A DNA stretch of 64,000 bases from Octopus sinensis (GCF_006345805.1 NC_043006.1:67084001-67148000); one strand, 5' to 3'. Counted from the stretch's first letter, positions 13,446 through 27,715 are shown. A program made the numbers and translations. The notes: generated from the sequence alone by a model not told the origin.

Positions 13446-14003
13446 AATAATGGGATCAAAGCCAGGCAAGGGTTACAAAACGATATCTCCGATCAACGCT
13501 TCAACGTTTGACCGGAGATGACCACTCTAATAGCTAGATGGAAATTCTGCTAACCACTTTAGGGGCCTGACTGCAGTTGGAACGCAGGTTAATGCTTAAT
13601 GTTAATGGCTAATAGCAGGCTTTTAGCGATATACGGTTAGCGACAAGATATTGGATATGGGCTGGGGGAGTATCGTGGGACGAACACGAGGCAAAAATCA
13701 TTAATATAAATAGTTTTAAAGCAACGACCACTGGTCAATATTTTACGGTTTTTCTATGTTGTGATATCACTTGCCGCGTTAGCAACCTGTGATCTTTGCT
13801 CTCCTCTACTCGTTACAAAAAATTGCACATATAAACTCCTTCTTCCACACGCACTTCACCGAAACCAACATTTATACGCATGCGTGAGTGTGTGCGTGCG
13901 TGTGTGTATCTGCATGGATATGATTATACATAAAATAAATAGACATATATGCATGCATACATATATACATACATGCAAATATATATATATATATATACAC
14001 ATC

Positions 14004-14432
14004 CTTTTACATGTTTCAGTTTTTCACTGCGGCCATGCTGGGGCACCGCCTTTGGTCGAACAAATCCACCCAAGGACTTATTCTTTGTGAGCTTAGTACT
14101 TATTCTGTCGGTCTCTTTCTGCCGAACAGCTATGTGACGAGGACGTATACACAGCAACATCGGTTGTCCAGCGATGGTTGGGGAACACAGATACACACAT
14201 ACGTATATATATATACATATATACATATATATATATATATGTATGTATACACACACACACACATATGTATATATACGAAGGGCTTCTTTCTGTTTCCGTC
14301 ACCCAAATCCATTCACAAGGGTTTGGCCGGCCCAAGTGTATAGTAGAAGACACTTGCCCAAATTGCTATGCAGTGGGACTGAACCCGGAAACATGTCGTT
14401 GGAAAGCAAGCTTCTTAACACACAGACCTTCT
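14004..14432 (-). mobile_element. SINE family A
   Basis: Same two-part structure as 1450-1937. Confidence 0.85.
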
Positions 14433-14482
14433 ACCGCCTATATGTGTGCGTGTATGAGCGCGCGCGTGTGTGTGTATGTTTG

Positions 14483-14513
<31 letters not shown>

Positions 14514-14542
14514 TATAGATATATATATAGATAGATAGATAA

Positions 14543-14571
<29 letters not shown>

Positions 14572-14574
<3 letters not shown>

Positions 14575-16786
14575 GTTTCTTTATTGGCCACACAGGGCTG
14601 CACACACATGGGACAAGTTACAAGGTAGAGATTTTCTGTTGGGGGATGAAAAAAAAAAGAATTTAAAAAAAGGGTGGCGTAGGTTTTCGATCAAAAGGGA
14701 TCGTAAAAGGGAAAAAAGAACAAAAAAAAAGGAAAAGAAAATAAGAAAAAAGGGAAAAGGAACAAAGGAAGAGAAAAATGAAAAAAGAAGAAAAAGAGGA
14801 AAAAAGGGGGGAAGAGGAAAAGAAAACGATCAATAGGGATCGTGTATCACAGTGTCATGATGTATGGTGTAAAGGGGAAAGCAAGTAAGGTTTATCCGTG
14901 GGAAGAAAAGCCTACGAAATAGACCATCCTTGTTACATCCTTGCCATCCACGTGCCATCCTTGCTACATTCACCCATCTTTTTTTAAAACATTCGCTAGA
15001 CAAAACTTGCCTTTCTACTCTCACTTTCCTTTTCAAGTGGTACTTGAAGAAGTTGATGAGAGGGTGATCAGAGAGGAAGGTGTTTGTTTCCAATCCTTTC
15101 AGGCGCGTCCACCAGATACATTCTTTCGCCATAGCCACAAGGATGATGAAAATAGCTCTTCCTTCCCGTTTGAAGGAAGGAGGCGTGACAATATTGACGA
15201 TAGACTCAGCTACTAAACCGACTCGTCCCACACGTGACAGCAGTTGTTCGACATAAGCCCACAGGTCGGAAATTGTTGCACACTGCACGGGTACGTGCAG
15301 AACGGTTTCGTCGCTCTGACCATATCTCGGGCAGGTCGGCCCCGTGTTTCTCGAGCCGTGTCTGTAGAGCTTATCCCGAACGGGTAGCGCTTCTCGGTAC
15401 CACTGCCAGGCCAGGGATCTCTGGAAGTTGTCCATGGGCCCTGGCCCGAAAGTCGTCCCGAACAGGCGGGTCAGGTATTCCTCGTCGACGTCCAGTTTCG
15501 CCCCGAGCTCGTCGTCGTACCTCCCCTCCACTAATCCCCTATAGAATGCTTTGGTTGTGATGGAGTCACTCAAGGTTGACCCAGGACGGCAGAGTTGCTT
15601 GAGAGCAACGCGACACTCGCGGTGCCATTCGCCCTTCCTCGCCCTTTTTTTAATCCACGATTGCAGTTCGGTCATGGAGACGAGCCTCACAAACGGCGAC
15701 CACACCTGTTCACCGTCGTCTACGAAAAGCCTGAGATGTTGCAGTCTCAGCGCGTGTCTGCGCATCATCAACCACGGCATGCCCAGTCCTCCTGTTAACG
15801 GGTGTTGACAGCAAATGGATCACCTGACCATCGGGACACATCCTTTCCACAAGAAGCAAAAGAGAATGCGTTCTAGTTTGGTGATGTTAGGGTTGGGACA
15901 AGGCACGACGGTCAGGCAGTAATAGATGACGGACGCGATGTACGTGTTCGCCACCTCCGCCCGACCTTTTAGGGACAGTTTCCTTCGGCCCATTGCCGGC
16001 GAGAGAGACCACCCTACTCGTTATCTCGTTCCAGTTCTTCTCCATTTGGAGGTCCGAACCGAACCAGACCCCGAGCAACTCGACTGGACCGTCGATCCAG
16101 CGTCCCACAACGGAGGCGCTGGTGGACGGCATGGGCTTGCTTCTCCAGGTGCCTAGTCGCAAACCCACTGACTTTTCCAGGTTGATTTTTGCTCCTGTCA
16201 CCGCTTCGTAGTTTTTCAGTGTTTGCCGACCTGCTCGATGTGCTCGTGGCTAGACACTATGACGGTGACGTCGTCCGCGTATGCAGACACGCTCGTCCCG
16301 CATCCCAGTTCTCGCGGGATGCCCTTCAGAGTCGCCAGCTTCCGCAGTAGTGGCTCGAGAGTCAATACGTATAGAAGCGACGAGAGGGGGCATCCCTGAC
16401 GGACTGAACGTGCGATGTTCTAAGGTCTCGATAGATGTCCATTTACGCGAATTACCGAACGGATGCCTCTGTACAAAGCGGCTATCCAGCCGCGGAAGAC
16501 GGGACCGAAACCAGCCGCTCTGAGGACTGCCTCCAAGTATCGATGGTCTACCCTATCGAAAGTTTTCGATTGATCCAAATTGATCAGCGCCCCACCCATG
16601 CCAGGTTCGTTAACTACCCTGTCTATGATGTAGCGCATCAGGTGGAGGTTGTCATGGATGGTCCGGCCCGGCACGGCGTACGTTTGCGCCTTGTCGACCA
16701 GTTTCTCGATGACAAGCGCCAACCTCTTGGCTAACACCTTGGCCAAAATTTTCAAGTCTGCATTAAGCAGAGTGATGGTTGTTCCT
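14572..16786 (-). mobile_element. 5'-truncated L1/Tx1-clade LINE: RT domain, C-terminal Cys region and 3' UTR (frameshifted)
   Basis: ITLLNADLKILAKVLAKRL, LDQSKTFDRVDH, SVRQGCPLSSLLY, AYADDVT (16268-16285), GAKINLEKS, TCPR.GQSDETVLH...C. The 3' end AATAAAGAAACTT joins (ATCT)n. Confidence 0.92.
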
Positions 16787-16795
16787 AAATCTCTC

Positions 16796-17321
<526 letters not shown>

Positions 17322-17429
17322 CATACAAAATATAGTGGTTTATTCCACAAGTGATCTAACCGATGGGGTCGATAGCTTTTACTAACCACCTATACGCCCC
17401 GCCCAATAGCGCTTGCAATTTGCCTAAGT

Positions 17430-17505
17430 GGTTGCGAGTTGGCAGAATCGTTAGCATGTGAAAATGTATGCACTTTTATTTGTATGTTTATGGGTGAGTA
17501 TGTAT

Positions 17506-17557
<52 letters not shown>

Positions 17558-17652
17558 CTATGAGTACAAATGTATCTGTATTTGTTTAATTTTAAAACGA
17601 AATGTACTTAAAAGAAGTGGAACTGATGGATGGATGAATATATAGACAGACC

Positions 17653-17725
<73 letters not shown>

Positions 17726-18050
17726 GTGGATGGATGGTCATTATCACGTGACGGTATGAACTCTATTCCAACTGACAATATCTCATGAAGTCGATTTGGT
17801 GCCGATTTTTGTATTCGTTTGGTGATGTCATCAAAGGAAACCCCTAGACTATATGATCTAATGCGTCGTCAAATGTATCACTTAGAGGCATTTCGTCTGC
17901 CGTTACGTTCTGAGTTCAAATTCCGTAAAGGTTGACTTTGCCTTCCATTTTTCGAGGTCGATAAATTAAGTGCCATTTGCTTACTGGGGTCGATCTAATC
18001 GACTCATGCCGCCCTTCAAAATGGCTGCCCGTGTGACAAAATTTGAAATC
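17430..18050 (+). mobile_element. SINE family B split by two templated insertions
   Basis: Head GTTGCGAGTTGGCAGAATCGTTAGCA at 17431-17456. The body resumes at 17881 (CTTAGAGGCATTTCGTCTGCC) and ends in (ATT)n. Confidence 0.8.
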
Positions 18051-18274
18051 ATTATTATTATTATTATCATTATTAACATTATTATTGTTTTTGTTGTTGT
18101 TTTTGTTGTTGTTGTTATTATTATTGTTATCATCATCATCATTATTATTTTTATTATTGTTATTATTATTATTATCATTATTATTATTATCATTATCATT
18201 ATTATCATCATCATCATCGTCATCATCGTCATCATCGTCATCATCATCATCATCATCATCATCGTTTTACTTCT

Positions 18275-19170
18275 CAGAGCTCTAGGTCCTGTTTCTCTGG
18301 TTGATTCTGTGAGAGCGGACACCTGTCTGCACTCAGAGGTCTCACACGGTCTCTTTCCGTATATTATATGCTTTGATACTTGATTGTGAATCATCGTGGA
18401 AGACATTCAACACCCAAGTATCAATCTCAAAATAATAGCTTTACCCAGCAGAGTAGTTTTCAGGGTTTGCTCTATTCTCATGCCAGTTCTGATTTCTGTG
18501 ACATATTTCTCGAACTTGGTTGTCAATTCTCCGAATGCCTCTACTGGTATGATAGACACTCTTCTTAGAGTCCTCATACTTGCAATTTCGTCTTTTAGTA
18601 GTCTGCACTCTTCTAGTTCTTTGTCACTGAAATATCTATAATCTTGGTTTCCTTTTTTCCTTTATGTACCACAACAATATCTAGTCTCCGACCATCAATT
18701 AGGGAGTCACACAGGATTGTAAAATCGCACATTATCTTATATTTATTGTTCTCGGTGACTCCTTCTGGTTCATGTTCGTACTATTTCTGTGCTCTGTTCA
18801 GGCCGTACTTTTCAATAGCCTCCAGTGGACGAACTTAGCCACTTAGCCATGTTATTGTGCCTCCATTCGTGTTGCTTTTGGGCCGGATTCCTACATTCAC
18901 TCAAAATATGTGAGATAATTTCGTTTTTCCTGCCACACATCCTACAAGAGGCGATTCGCTGCTCTTAACTATTTGGAACTTGTTGTAATGAGTTCTCAGA
19001 GCTTGTTCCTGGGCGCTGCATATCAATGCCACAGTGTGTCTTTTCAGATCAATTTTTTCTTAGCCATCTCAAGTGTTGATCTTGTTTTTTTCCTTCCATT
19101 TCCCTGAGGAATTTCATTATCCAATTATTCTTTCTTCATCTTGATTCTTAAATGTTTCTGGGTGCATCAT
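18275..19170 (-). mobile_element. R4/Dong-type non-LTR retrotransposon remnant (zinc knuckle + RLE)
   Basis: AAPRNKL, RMCGRKNEIISHILSEC...RHNN, RRLDIVV and LKTTLLGKAIILR motifs; flanked by ATT/ATC repeats. Confidence 0.75.
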
Positions 19171-19189
19171 ATTATTATTGCTGTTGTTG

Positions 19190-19700
19190 TCTTTGCACAG
19201 CTTCTAATGTTGCAGATGTACTACGGTGCCAGGTGTTCACTACTAGTGAACTGAAGTAACATCCGTTATTTTTTTAGCACCTTCGGAGTATTCGTGCGGT
19301 TCCAAGCATTGCTGTTTTCTGCAAGTGCCCCACCCTTATTGCAGCCTCTATTTGTTTCATGTACTTTTCAAAATTTTTATTCTCTGTTACCAGGGTTCCG
19401 ACAGTTATAGGTACTATTACCACCTTTTTCAGCGACCACAACTGCCTAACCTTTGCTATATTATCATGATGTCTCTTATATTCATTCTGGGCTAGTGGCG
19501 TACATTGATGCGTTATACGCCGTATGGTTTCACCATTTTGTCCACAAATTCTGCATTTATCACTCCCTGATGTGTTATCTATTCTGCATTTGATGTAATT
19601 GGTTCTTAATTCTTGCTCTTGGGCAGCAAAAATTAGAGCCTCCGTTTTCTGTTTAAATCACTTTAATAATCTATATGCATCTTTTTTCTCTGTCTGTCTT
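19190..19700 (-). mobile_element. R4/Dong-type remnant (3' end)
   Basis: ETEALIFAAQEQELRTNY and HLQKTAMLGTARILR. Its 3' UTR is shared with 20580-20695. Confidence 0.75.
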
Positions 19701-20069
19701 ATGTTCAGCATCCCTATAAAATTGTCCATGCATTCTTTTCTTTATCTACCTATTTTCAGTTTCATTCACTCTCAAGTGCTTGTACAGTGCTTTATCTTTG
19801 CAATATTCCATCTTACACAATTTATATGGATAGGTTTTTCTAAGGATGTGGGCAGTCCTTGTCAGAAATCTTGTGGATTTCTCTGAGACATGGCTCGCTT
19901 GGGATGTTATCTACATGTTTCTACTTCCCTTTTTTATCATACATAAGGTACGTATAATAACAGGAACAGTTCTTGTTTTAATATATCACATCTTTTGCAT
20001 TTAAGTTTACAGGTCCTTGTATTTACTTAATTTGTTAAATTCTTTTACAATTATATTTTCATCAGTGAG

Positions 20070-20460
20070 AACACTTACATCTATTTATTAGTCTACAAGT
20101 ATTTTCTTGCCCATCTTTAATAATTTTGTCGGGTCGATTAGACTGAATCGTTCTGTCGGTGTTGGTTGACTGGAAAATCTCAGAGGATAGTGACATTTTT
20201 ACCTTCAAAGGCAAGCTCAGGGAGATGTTCATACCAGTAAGCAGGAGTACTGATTATGTAGTGTTTACATTTTTTTCAATGTAAATATTGCCCCACCCTA
20301 TGGTGCCGGTTTTTGTATTCGTTTGGTGATAGCATCAAAGGAAACCCCTAGACGATATGATCTAATGCGTCGTCAAATGTATCATAGAGTCTGCCTTTAG
20401 AGTCAGAACCAATTTGAAGAACGTTAGCCTGGTAGTTTTTTGTAAGAAAGTGTTGATATT
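20070..20460 (-). mobile_element. R4/Dong-type remnant
   Basis: NYQANVLQ...DDALDHIV*G...EYKNRHHRVGQYLH, WYEH, RPDKII. Confidence 0.65.
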
Positions 20461-20475
20461 GTGTTGTTGTTGTTG

Positions 20476-20536
<61 letters not shown>

Positions 20537-20539
20537 TAA

Positions 20540-20579
<40 letters not shown>

Positions 20580-20695
20580 GCCTTTGCATAGCTTCTGATG
20601 CTGGAGATGTAGTACAGTGTCAGCTGTTCACTACCAGTGAACTAAGATAATACCTCTTATTTTTCGGTCACCTTCCGGAGTATTCGAGCGGTTTA
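20580..20695 (-). mobile_element. Severely 5'-truncated R4/Dong-type 3' end within (TAA)n
   Basis: Homologous to 19190-19300; ATT/TAA tracts on both sides. Confidence 0.65.
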
Positions 20696-20699
20696 TTGT

Positions 20700-20779
<80 letters not shown>

Positions 20780-20780
20780 A

Positions 20781-20822
<42 letters not shown>

Positions 20823-20834
20823 TTATTATTATTA

Positions 20835-21660
20835 TTTTTTCAAATTTTCTTCCATTTCTCGCCGAGTGTATGCATTGTATGCCTTCTCAGATAACACACG
20901 CATATTCACAGGTAAAATATGTATTTAAAAAAAAATTAATAAATATATAAATTCACGAATGGATATTATTTTCACTGAGATAATACCCTTCGCAGTACAT
21001 GAGTTGTTCCAGGTAACATGATTTTTAGCATTTCCTATTGGGATGGTAAACCTGGTAGCATTTTCAAATAGGTTTCAGTACCTTTTTTTTTTATCATTCC
21101 TGGAGATCCTACAATCACTGGTACTGTAGTCACCTTGGGATGCCACACTTTTTTCAATTTCTATTAGCAAGTCTTTATATTTACTGATCTTGGCAAATTC
21201 ATTCGCCGCTATATTGTGACCGCAAGGAATACTCAATTAATAAACACACCTTTTTTATCTGATCTTTTATAACAATATCCGGTTTATTAGCCCATAAAAT
21301 CGACACATTTTCTCCCTATGCCACAGCTTCAGGATGGTGTTTATACCATTTGTGAGCGGTTTTGATTTTATAATGCCGACATATTATCCAGTGTAAATAC
21401 TGGCCTACTCTGTCATGTCTTGCTTTATATTCTACAGTTGCTAAGACTCTACACCCTGAGGTTAGATGGTCAATAGTTTCAATCTCATCGTTACAGAATC
21501 GGCATTTTAGTTCAGCTCCATTTTTTATCACATTGGCTTGGTAGTCCTGGGTTAATAAGCTTTGGTCTTGAGCAGCTAATATGAAAGTTTCACTCTCTGC
21601 TTTTAGCCCTGAGCTTCGTAACTATTGATGCGTGTGTTTCTGGATGACATCAGCTTGTTT
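20835..21660 (-). mobile_element. R4/Dong-type non-LTR remnant (CCHC + PD-(D/E)xK RLE)
   Basis: AAQDQSLLT.DY, CRFCNDEIETIDHLTSGC..EYKARHDRVGQYLHW, KPDIVIKD, KYKDLLIEI and VPVIVGS; flanked by (ATT)n. Confidence 0.85.
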
Positions 21661-21679
21661 GCTGTTATTGTTGTTGTTG

Positions 21680-21749
<70 letters not shown>

Positions 21750-22115
21750 ATCGTTGAAATGACCCTCGTTCCACATTCCGCACAACATTTTGTATCAGAT
21801 GCCGGAATATAACGAAAAATATTTCTTGCAAAGTTGGCAATTGTCTTTATAAGTCAACGACACATCATTAGACGCGAAAGAATCCTTCATAAATCTTTGC
21901 TTTGTCATGTTAATATATGTCATCATGAAATACAAAACATCCAATAAAGTATTTATTTCACGGAACACACCCATGAAATTATACATTGTGAACAACACCG
22001 TATTTTTATTTCGCAGCTGTATTGTCAGACTCATCCGTATTGATACAAACAGTATAACTATGGGATTACGTATGGCACACGCGTTTGCTAATTTTCATAT
22101 GTTGAAATAATGAAA
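21750..22115 (+). mobile_element. Highly decayed Penelope-type RT fragment
   Basis: SLDAKESFIN and ITMGLRMAHAFANFHM resemble the SLDV.SLFTN and MGSPLGP.LAN.YM motifs. Confidence 0.45.
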
Positions 22116-22390
22116 GGTAACTATAAGTTGTTAAAAGATAGCCATTTAATCACAGTCATATAGAGTTTGCATACACATACACACACATATACATACATAT
22201 ATTTAAATATATATAGATGTCTGTGTGTGTATACGTATGTATATATATGTGCATATATATATTTACATACATATTCATACGTACTTGTGTATATGTATAC
22301 ATATAATACATATATAATATACATACTCGTGTATATATATACATATACATACATGTATGTATCTATGTATATTTGCATATATATATATAA

Positions 22391-22436
<46 letters not shown>

Positions 22437-22965
22437 TTCTAATTAGTACTTCCAAGCTTCTCTCTAAATTAGAACTAAAATAAATACCACAAAGTAATAT
22501 TTAATATATACTCTTAGTTTTGTTTACTTCACTGGGTGTGCGGGGGTAGGGGAGACAGAAGGAGAGAGAGAGGGAGGTGGAGAGTGAAAGGAAGAAAGAA
22601 AGAGGGAGAGGAGAGAGAGAGAACTAAATTAAAGACGAATTGTATCAAATGTACCGAAGTCATACAACAGTAAAATTATTCTACTAAATTAGACAAACAA
22701 ATCTATAATTTACTTTATGTTCTTCCGTGAAACTCAGACCAAAAAAATCAATATAAAACGGACGCAAATCTTACATTTCTCTATTATTTGTTCTGGTGTT
22801 TTATATTTAGTTTTATGTCTGATTTGAAATTTTCAAATCACATTTTTATTATTGTTGTTTCTTTTATAGTTATTTTGTTATTGTTCTGTTATTGCCGTGC
22901 ATAAGAACCGATTAAAGATAACCCATGACGAGAGGTATTCCAGCCATGACAGTGGCGTTTAATTC

Positions 22966-23047
<82 letters not shown>

Positions 23048-23049
<2 letters not shown>

Positions 23050-23200
23050 TCGCCTATCGCTACGTTCTGAGTTCAAATTCCGCCGAGGTCGACTATGCCT
23101 TTCATCCTTTCGGAGTCGATAAATTAAGTACCAGTGAAACACTGGGGTCGGTGTAATCGGCTAATCCCCACCTCCCCCAAGCTGCCCTTGTGGCAAAAAA
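23048..23200 (+). mobile_element. SINE family B (5'-truncated) in (ATT)n
   Basis: TTTCGCC...GAGTTCAAATTCCGCCGAGGTCGAC...AGTACCAG. Confidence 0.8.
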
Positions 23201-24140
23201 TTATTATTTGAAGGGATTCAAGAAACAGTTGCCTGGCTTTCTACAGCAGATCGTGCATTTGGGTTGTCTATCAGAATTAAGAACACTGAAGTTTTGTTTG
23301 ATCCAAAGACGGGCACGACATACTCAAGATAAAAATGTGATGATTGACAATAAGCCACTCAAATGGGTCAGGTCATTTAAATATGTTGGAACTGCAGTGG
23401 ATTTTAAAAGTACTTTTGATGATGAAATCAATATTAGAATATCTACAGCTGCAGTTGCTTGTGAAAAACTTTTCCATCGTTTGTGAGATGAATATAATGT
23501 AAGTTTGAAAACTATAATAAGCATATACAAATCTTGTATTTTGAGCACAATTTTTCTGTCGCAGAAGTATGGACTCCCATCAACAAACGTAAGGAAACTT
23601 GAAAACTTTCACGTGCACTATCTGCTTAATATCTGCGCAAAGTAAGATATCACTTTCTGTTTTACGCAATTATCTGTTTCAGTCATTTGATGTGGCCATG
23701 CTGGTATACCGCCTTTAGTCGAATAAATCGACCCCAGGACTTATTCTTTGTAAACCTAGTGCTTATTCTACAGGTCTCTTTCGCTGAACCGCTAAGTTAC
23801 TACGGCATAAACACACCAGCATCGGTTGTCAAGTGATGATTAGGGAACAAACACAGACAAACAATCATTTACATCTCCCCTTCTCCCTAGCTCTCCTATG
23901 TGACCCTTCTGTTCGGCATTCGGCATGATAGATCGCAAGCCACTACACGTTCTTTATTTTCTCTCCTTGTTTCTTTCTTTTTTTTCTTTTCTGTGCAAGA
24001 GCGTAGGCTCGAAACGTTAAAGACTTTGTCACTTAGTGTTATACTAATACATCTGTTTGTTGTCTACACCATCTCTCTTCGTCTTTTGTTTTTTTCTTAA
24101 TGAATTCTCCCTTTATATATACATACATAAATATATACAT

Positions 24141-24200
<60 letters not shown>

Positions 24201-24720
24201 TATATATGATGGGCTTCTTTCAATTTCCGTCCACTAAATCCACTCACAAGCTTTGGTCGGCCCGAAGCTATAATAGAAGACACTTGCCCAAGGTACCACG
24301 CAGCAAGACTGACGCCGGAACCATGCTACTTACCACACAGCCACTCCTGCATCTATAATCCCAAATTTATTTTTAATTTGTGATATCTCCAATATCGAAA
24401 GCAAGCTGTTGAGTATTCAGTGCAATGGACTGATCGCATTCCGAGAATTCTTTAATATGATCAAAAAGTACAGTGATTCCGCGGCAAAGGGAGAACTCTG
24501 GTCAGCTATAAGGATAATTTGAGACAAACACTAAAATTTATACAGCTTAATTGAACACCCTGAAAACATTATTATCCAGATCTATCTGAGTGGCGTGTAA
24601 TGTGCGTTGATGCATCTAGAAGAATCAGAAGATTAGTAGGATTATATTCTGCAATCAACAGACACATTTGTTCAATTCCAGGCAAAATCAAAACCAACAT
24701 TGTCTCCAATATGATGTTTT
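23200..24720 (+). mobile_element. RTE-clade LINE remnant (RT C-terminus) with nested SINE A
   Basis: LKWVRSFKYVG...DDEINIRISTAAVA...KTIISIYKSCILS...KLENFH; followed by (TAA)n. Confidence 0.7.
23672..24352 (-). mobile_element. SINE family A with a probable Penelope-type terminal fragment (23872-24113) in its microsatellite
   Basis: Both SINE halves are present. The insert contains AAGAGCGTAGGCTCGAAACGTT (hammerhead-like) and ends at (TA)n. Confidence 0.75.
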
Positions 24721-24733
24721 GGCAATAATAATG

Positions 24734-24797
<64 letters not shown>

Positions 24798-24804
24798 TAA
24801 TAAT

Positions 24805-25005
24805 AATCCTTTCTACTAAAGGCGCAAGGCCCGAAACATTTTGTGAGAGAGGGCAAGTCGATTACATCGACCTTAGTGTTTCACTGGTACCTCATTTATC
24901 GACCCCGAAAGGATGAAAGGCAGAATTTGAACTCAGAATGTAAAGACGGGCGAAAGGCTGCTAAGTATTTCATTCAGCGTGTTAACGATTCTGCCCGTCG
25001 CCGCC
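24805..25005 (-). mobile_element. SINE family B with (ATT)n-type tail; tail stub repeated at 25098-25135
   Basis: Reverse complement of the family B body. TAATCCTTTCTACTAAAGGCGCAAGGCCCGAAACATT occurs twice. Confidence 0.8.
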
Positions 25006-25050
25006 TTGATTATGATGATGATAATAAAAAGAATAGTAATAATAATAATA

Positions 25051-25092
<42 letters not shown>

Positions 25093-25148
25093 TAATAATA
25101 ATCCTTTCTACTAAAGGCGCAAGGCCCGAAACATTATTAATAATAATA

Positions 25149-25590
25149 GATGCCCTGGTGCAGTACCAGGCAGTGGCTTCTGATCTTAACTGATTGGAAG
25201 TGTTATCGTGTATATTGTTTTGTCTTGGTATAAAAGATGAGCTATAGCAAATATTCTGCTCAATACCACAGATTTGCTTGTCAGTGTTGGGAGGGATTCT
25301 TTGGGGTTTGAATAATGCATCTCTGGAAACATGGGTGTTTCGTTCAACATCCTTAAACAACTCTTATTTAGGGACCTTTGGAGCGGGATGGGTTACTCGG
25401 CCAGAAGAAAATTCTAACTTGGCCCCCACCTGCAAGGTCATGTGCTATGGGATCACCATATCGCGCAAATATGGTTGTGATGCATGTGCCTAGAGTACCC
25501 TTATCAGACAGGTAGTCGTGATGTGTATACTGAACTTCGTATATATTACCCCAGTGTCACTTTGATGGCATGCACTGCTCTCCGACTCAA
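25149..25590 (+). mobile_element. Unclassified retroposon-like insert within (TAA)n
   Basis: Complex 440-bp block bounded on both sides by TAA repeats, ending CTCTCCGACTC(AAT)n. Confidence 0.45.
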
Positions 25591-25616
25591 TAATAATAAT
25601 AATAATAATAATAATG

Positions 25617-25674
<58 letters not shown>

Positions 25675-25866
25675 GTAGAAGAAGAAGAAGAAGAAAAGAA
25701 CAACAACATATGAAAACTTGTATATATGGAGAAAAGATGACGAGAGAAATAGAGCAGGAGTATCACCAACATCATTATCATCGTCATCATCATCATCATC
25801 AACCAAAAGACGACTCCTTACTCCTCCTCTGCCACTACTGTTACTACTACTGCTACTACTATAGTA

Positions 25867-25922
<56 letters not shown>

Positions 25923-26427
25923 AATAATAGCCATGGAATAGAGGAAGTAGGAAGAATAACAAAACCTGTAAATACCGACGATCCTCGCTACTTCCGGTCA
26001 TACACTAAATGCAGCCATCTTTCCTACTATAAAATCTGTCTGTGTGTGTATGTCCGTCTGTCTGTCTGTCTGCGTTGTGTATTTCATTATTCGGCTTTCT
26101 GCTTCACCTAACAGGTTTCCCACTGTTTATTTTCTTTCCTCGAACCTTTTCTGTCAATGTCAATCGTTTACATTTTTAAGGCCATTTGCTCGAAAGACAA
26201 AAATAAATTCTTAATATTTGCTTTCCCTGTTTATCTCTCGCTATGTCTGTTTATCTGCTTATCTGCATTTCACTTTCCTTTCTATCTCTCGCTCTCTTTC
26301 TATCACGTCCTTTTCTCTTCCTTTTTTTCTCTCTCTCCCTTCATTCGACTAAAATTCTTTAACCTTTGCCCCTGCATGCCTGGCGTTTAATGACTGAAAG
26401 AAGTAGAATATATATAATAATATATAT

Positions 26428-26464
<37 letters not shown>

Positions 26465-26535
26465 GCATGTATGTATTTATGTATGTGTATATATGTATGT
26501 ATATATACACACACACATATATATATATAATATAT

Positions 26536-26568
<33 letters not shown>

Positions 26569-26679
26569 GTACAGATAGATAAATAGATTAAAGCAAGAAT
26601 AAAAAAGCAAAATGTGTGTACATCATTTGAAAATGACATTTAATTTAGATAGAAAGTATAAATATACTGTCTCTTACAG

Positions 26680-27100
26680 CTGTTTCTAACATAGCCAAGC
26701 TTGTGGATCATTATATTGAGTAAGGAGACCATCAGACGAGTATTCTTCAATCGTTCCATCCTCAAATTATCTTACTGTTCTGCGATGAGCATTGAATCCA
26801 TTATAGCCACATCTAATAAGCGCAAGTTTAATAGCCATCGCCAACAAAACACTACTAAGGAGAATAATAGATATGATGATGATGATAATGATAATAACAA
26901 CAACAACAACAACAACTATCATAACTATGATATTACTATTAACCCTAGCAACAGAAATCATCATAGCAATCTTGTTTACGAGAGTACTAGTTACAGTGGT
27001 CCTATTATTAGCGCTAATAACTATCGTAATGAGAGTGATTGTAATAATAACTCTTGTGATAACACTAATAATATTAACATTAACAACAACGACGATGACG
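26680..27100 (+). mobile_element. Decayed Penelope-like linker fragment
   Basis: FFNRSILKLSYCSAMSIESIIATSNKRK resembles FNRNTVKVSYSCMPN..II..HN, followed by an Asn-rich linker. Confidence 0.6.
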
Positions 27101-27167
27101 TTAATAATAATATAATTATTATTATTATTATCATTATTATTATTATTAATATCATTATTACTCAGTT

Positions 27168-27240
27168 CACTGCCTGGAATCGAACTCGAAATCTTAGAAT
27201 TAGTAGCCCGCGCTCTTAACCACTACGCCATATGCCCGTA
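27168..27240 (-). mobile_element. tRNA-like SINE head / tRNA pseudogene
   Basis: GGCATATGGCGTAGTGGTTAAGAGCGCGGGC...GAGTTCGATTCCAGGC followed by a TAA tail. Confidence 0.6.
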
Positions 27241-27631
27241 AATAAATAAACTGCCTTCATTTATTTATTGATTTTTACATTTATCAATTTTTGTTGCAAG
27301 ATTCCTGATGTGAAAACGTGTGTTAAAACAGATATTGTTCTATTTTGGGATGACCCTTTTGTTTTTCATTCGTATATTGCTGTTCTTATTTTATTGTTTT
27401 AACTCATTTCCATTGTCCGGAAGTCTTTCGTCACACCTCTGTGACCTCTTCAGTGACACTTTTCGTTTTCGTGTCTGCTCTTGCTTCACTTACTCCAATG
27501 GATATGCACCACACGCACACACAAACACAGCCAAAGATATATGTATAGAGAGAGAGATAGCTAGATAGAAGACAGGCAAACAAATAGACGGACAAACAGA
27601 CTGTTACAAAGACAGACAGATAGGCCGACAA

Positions 27632-27712
<81 letters not shown>

Positions 27713-27715
27713 AAT

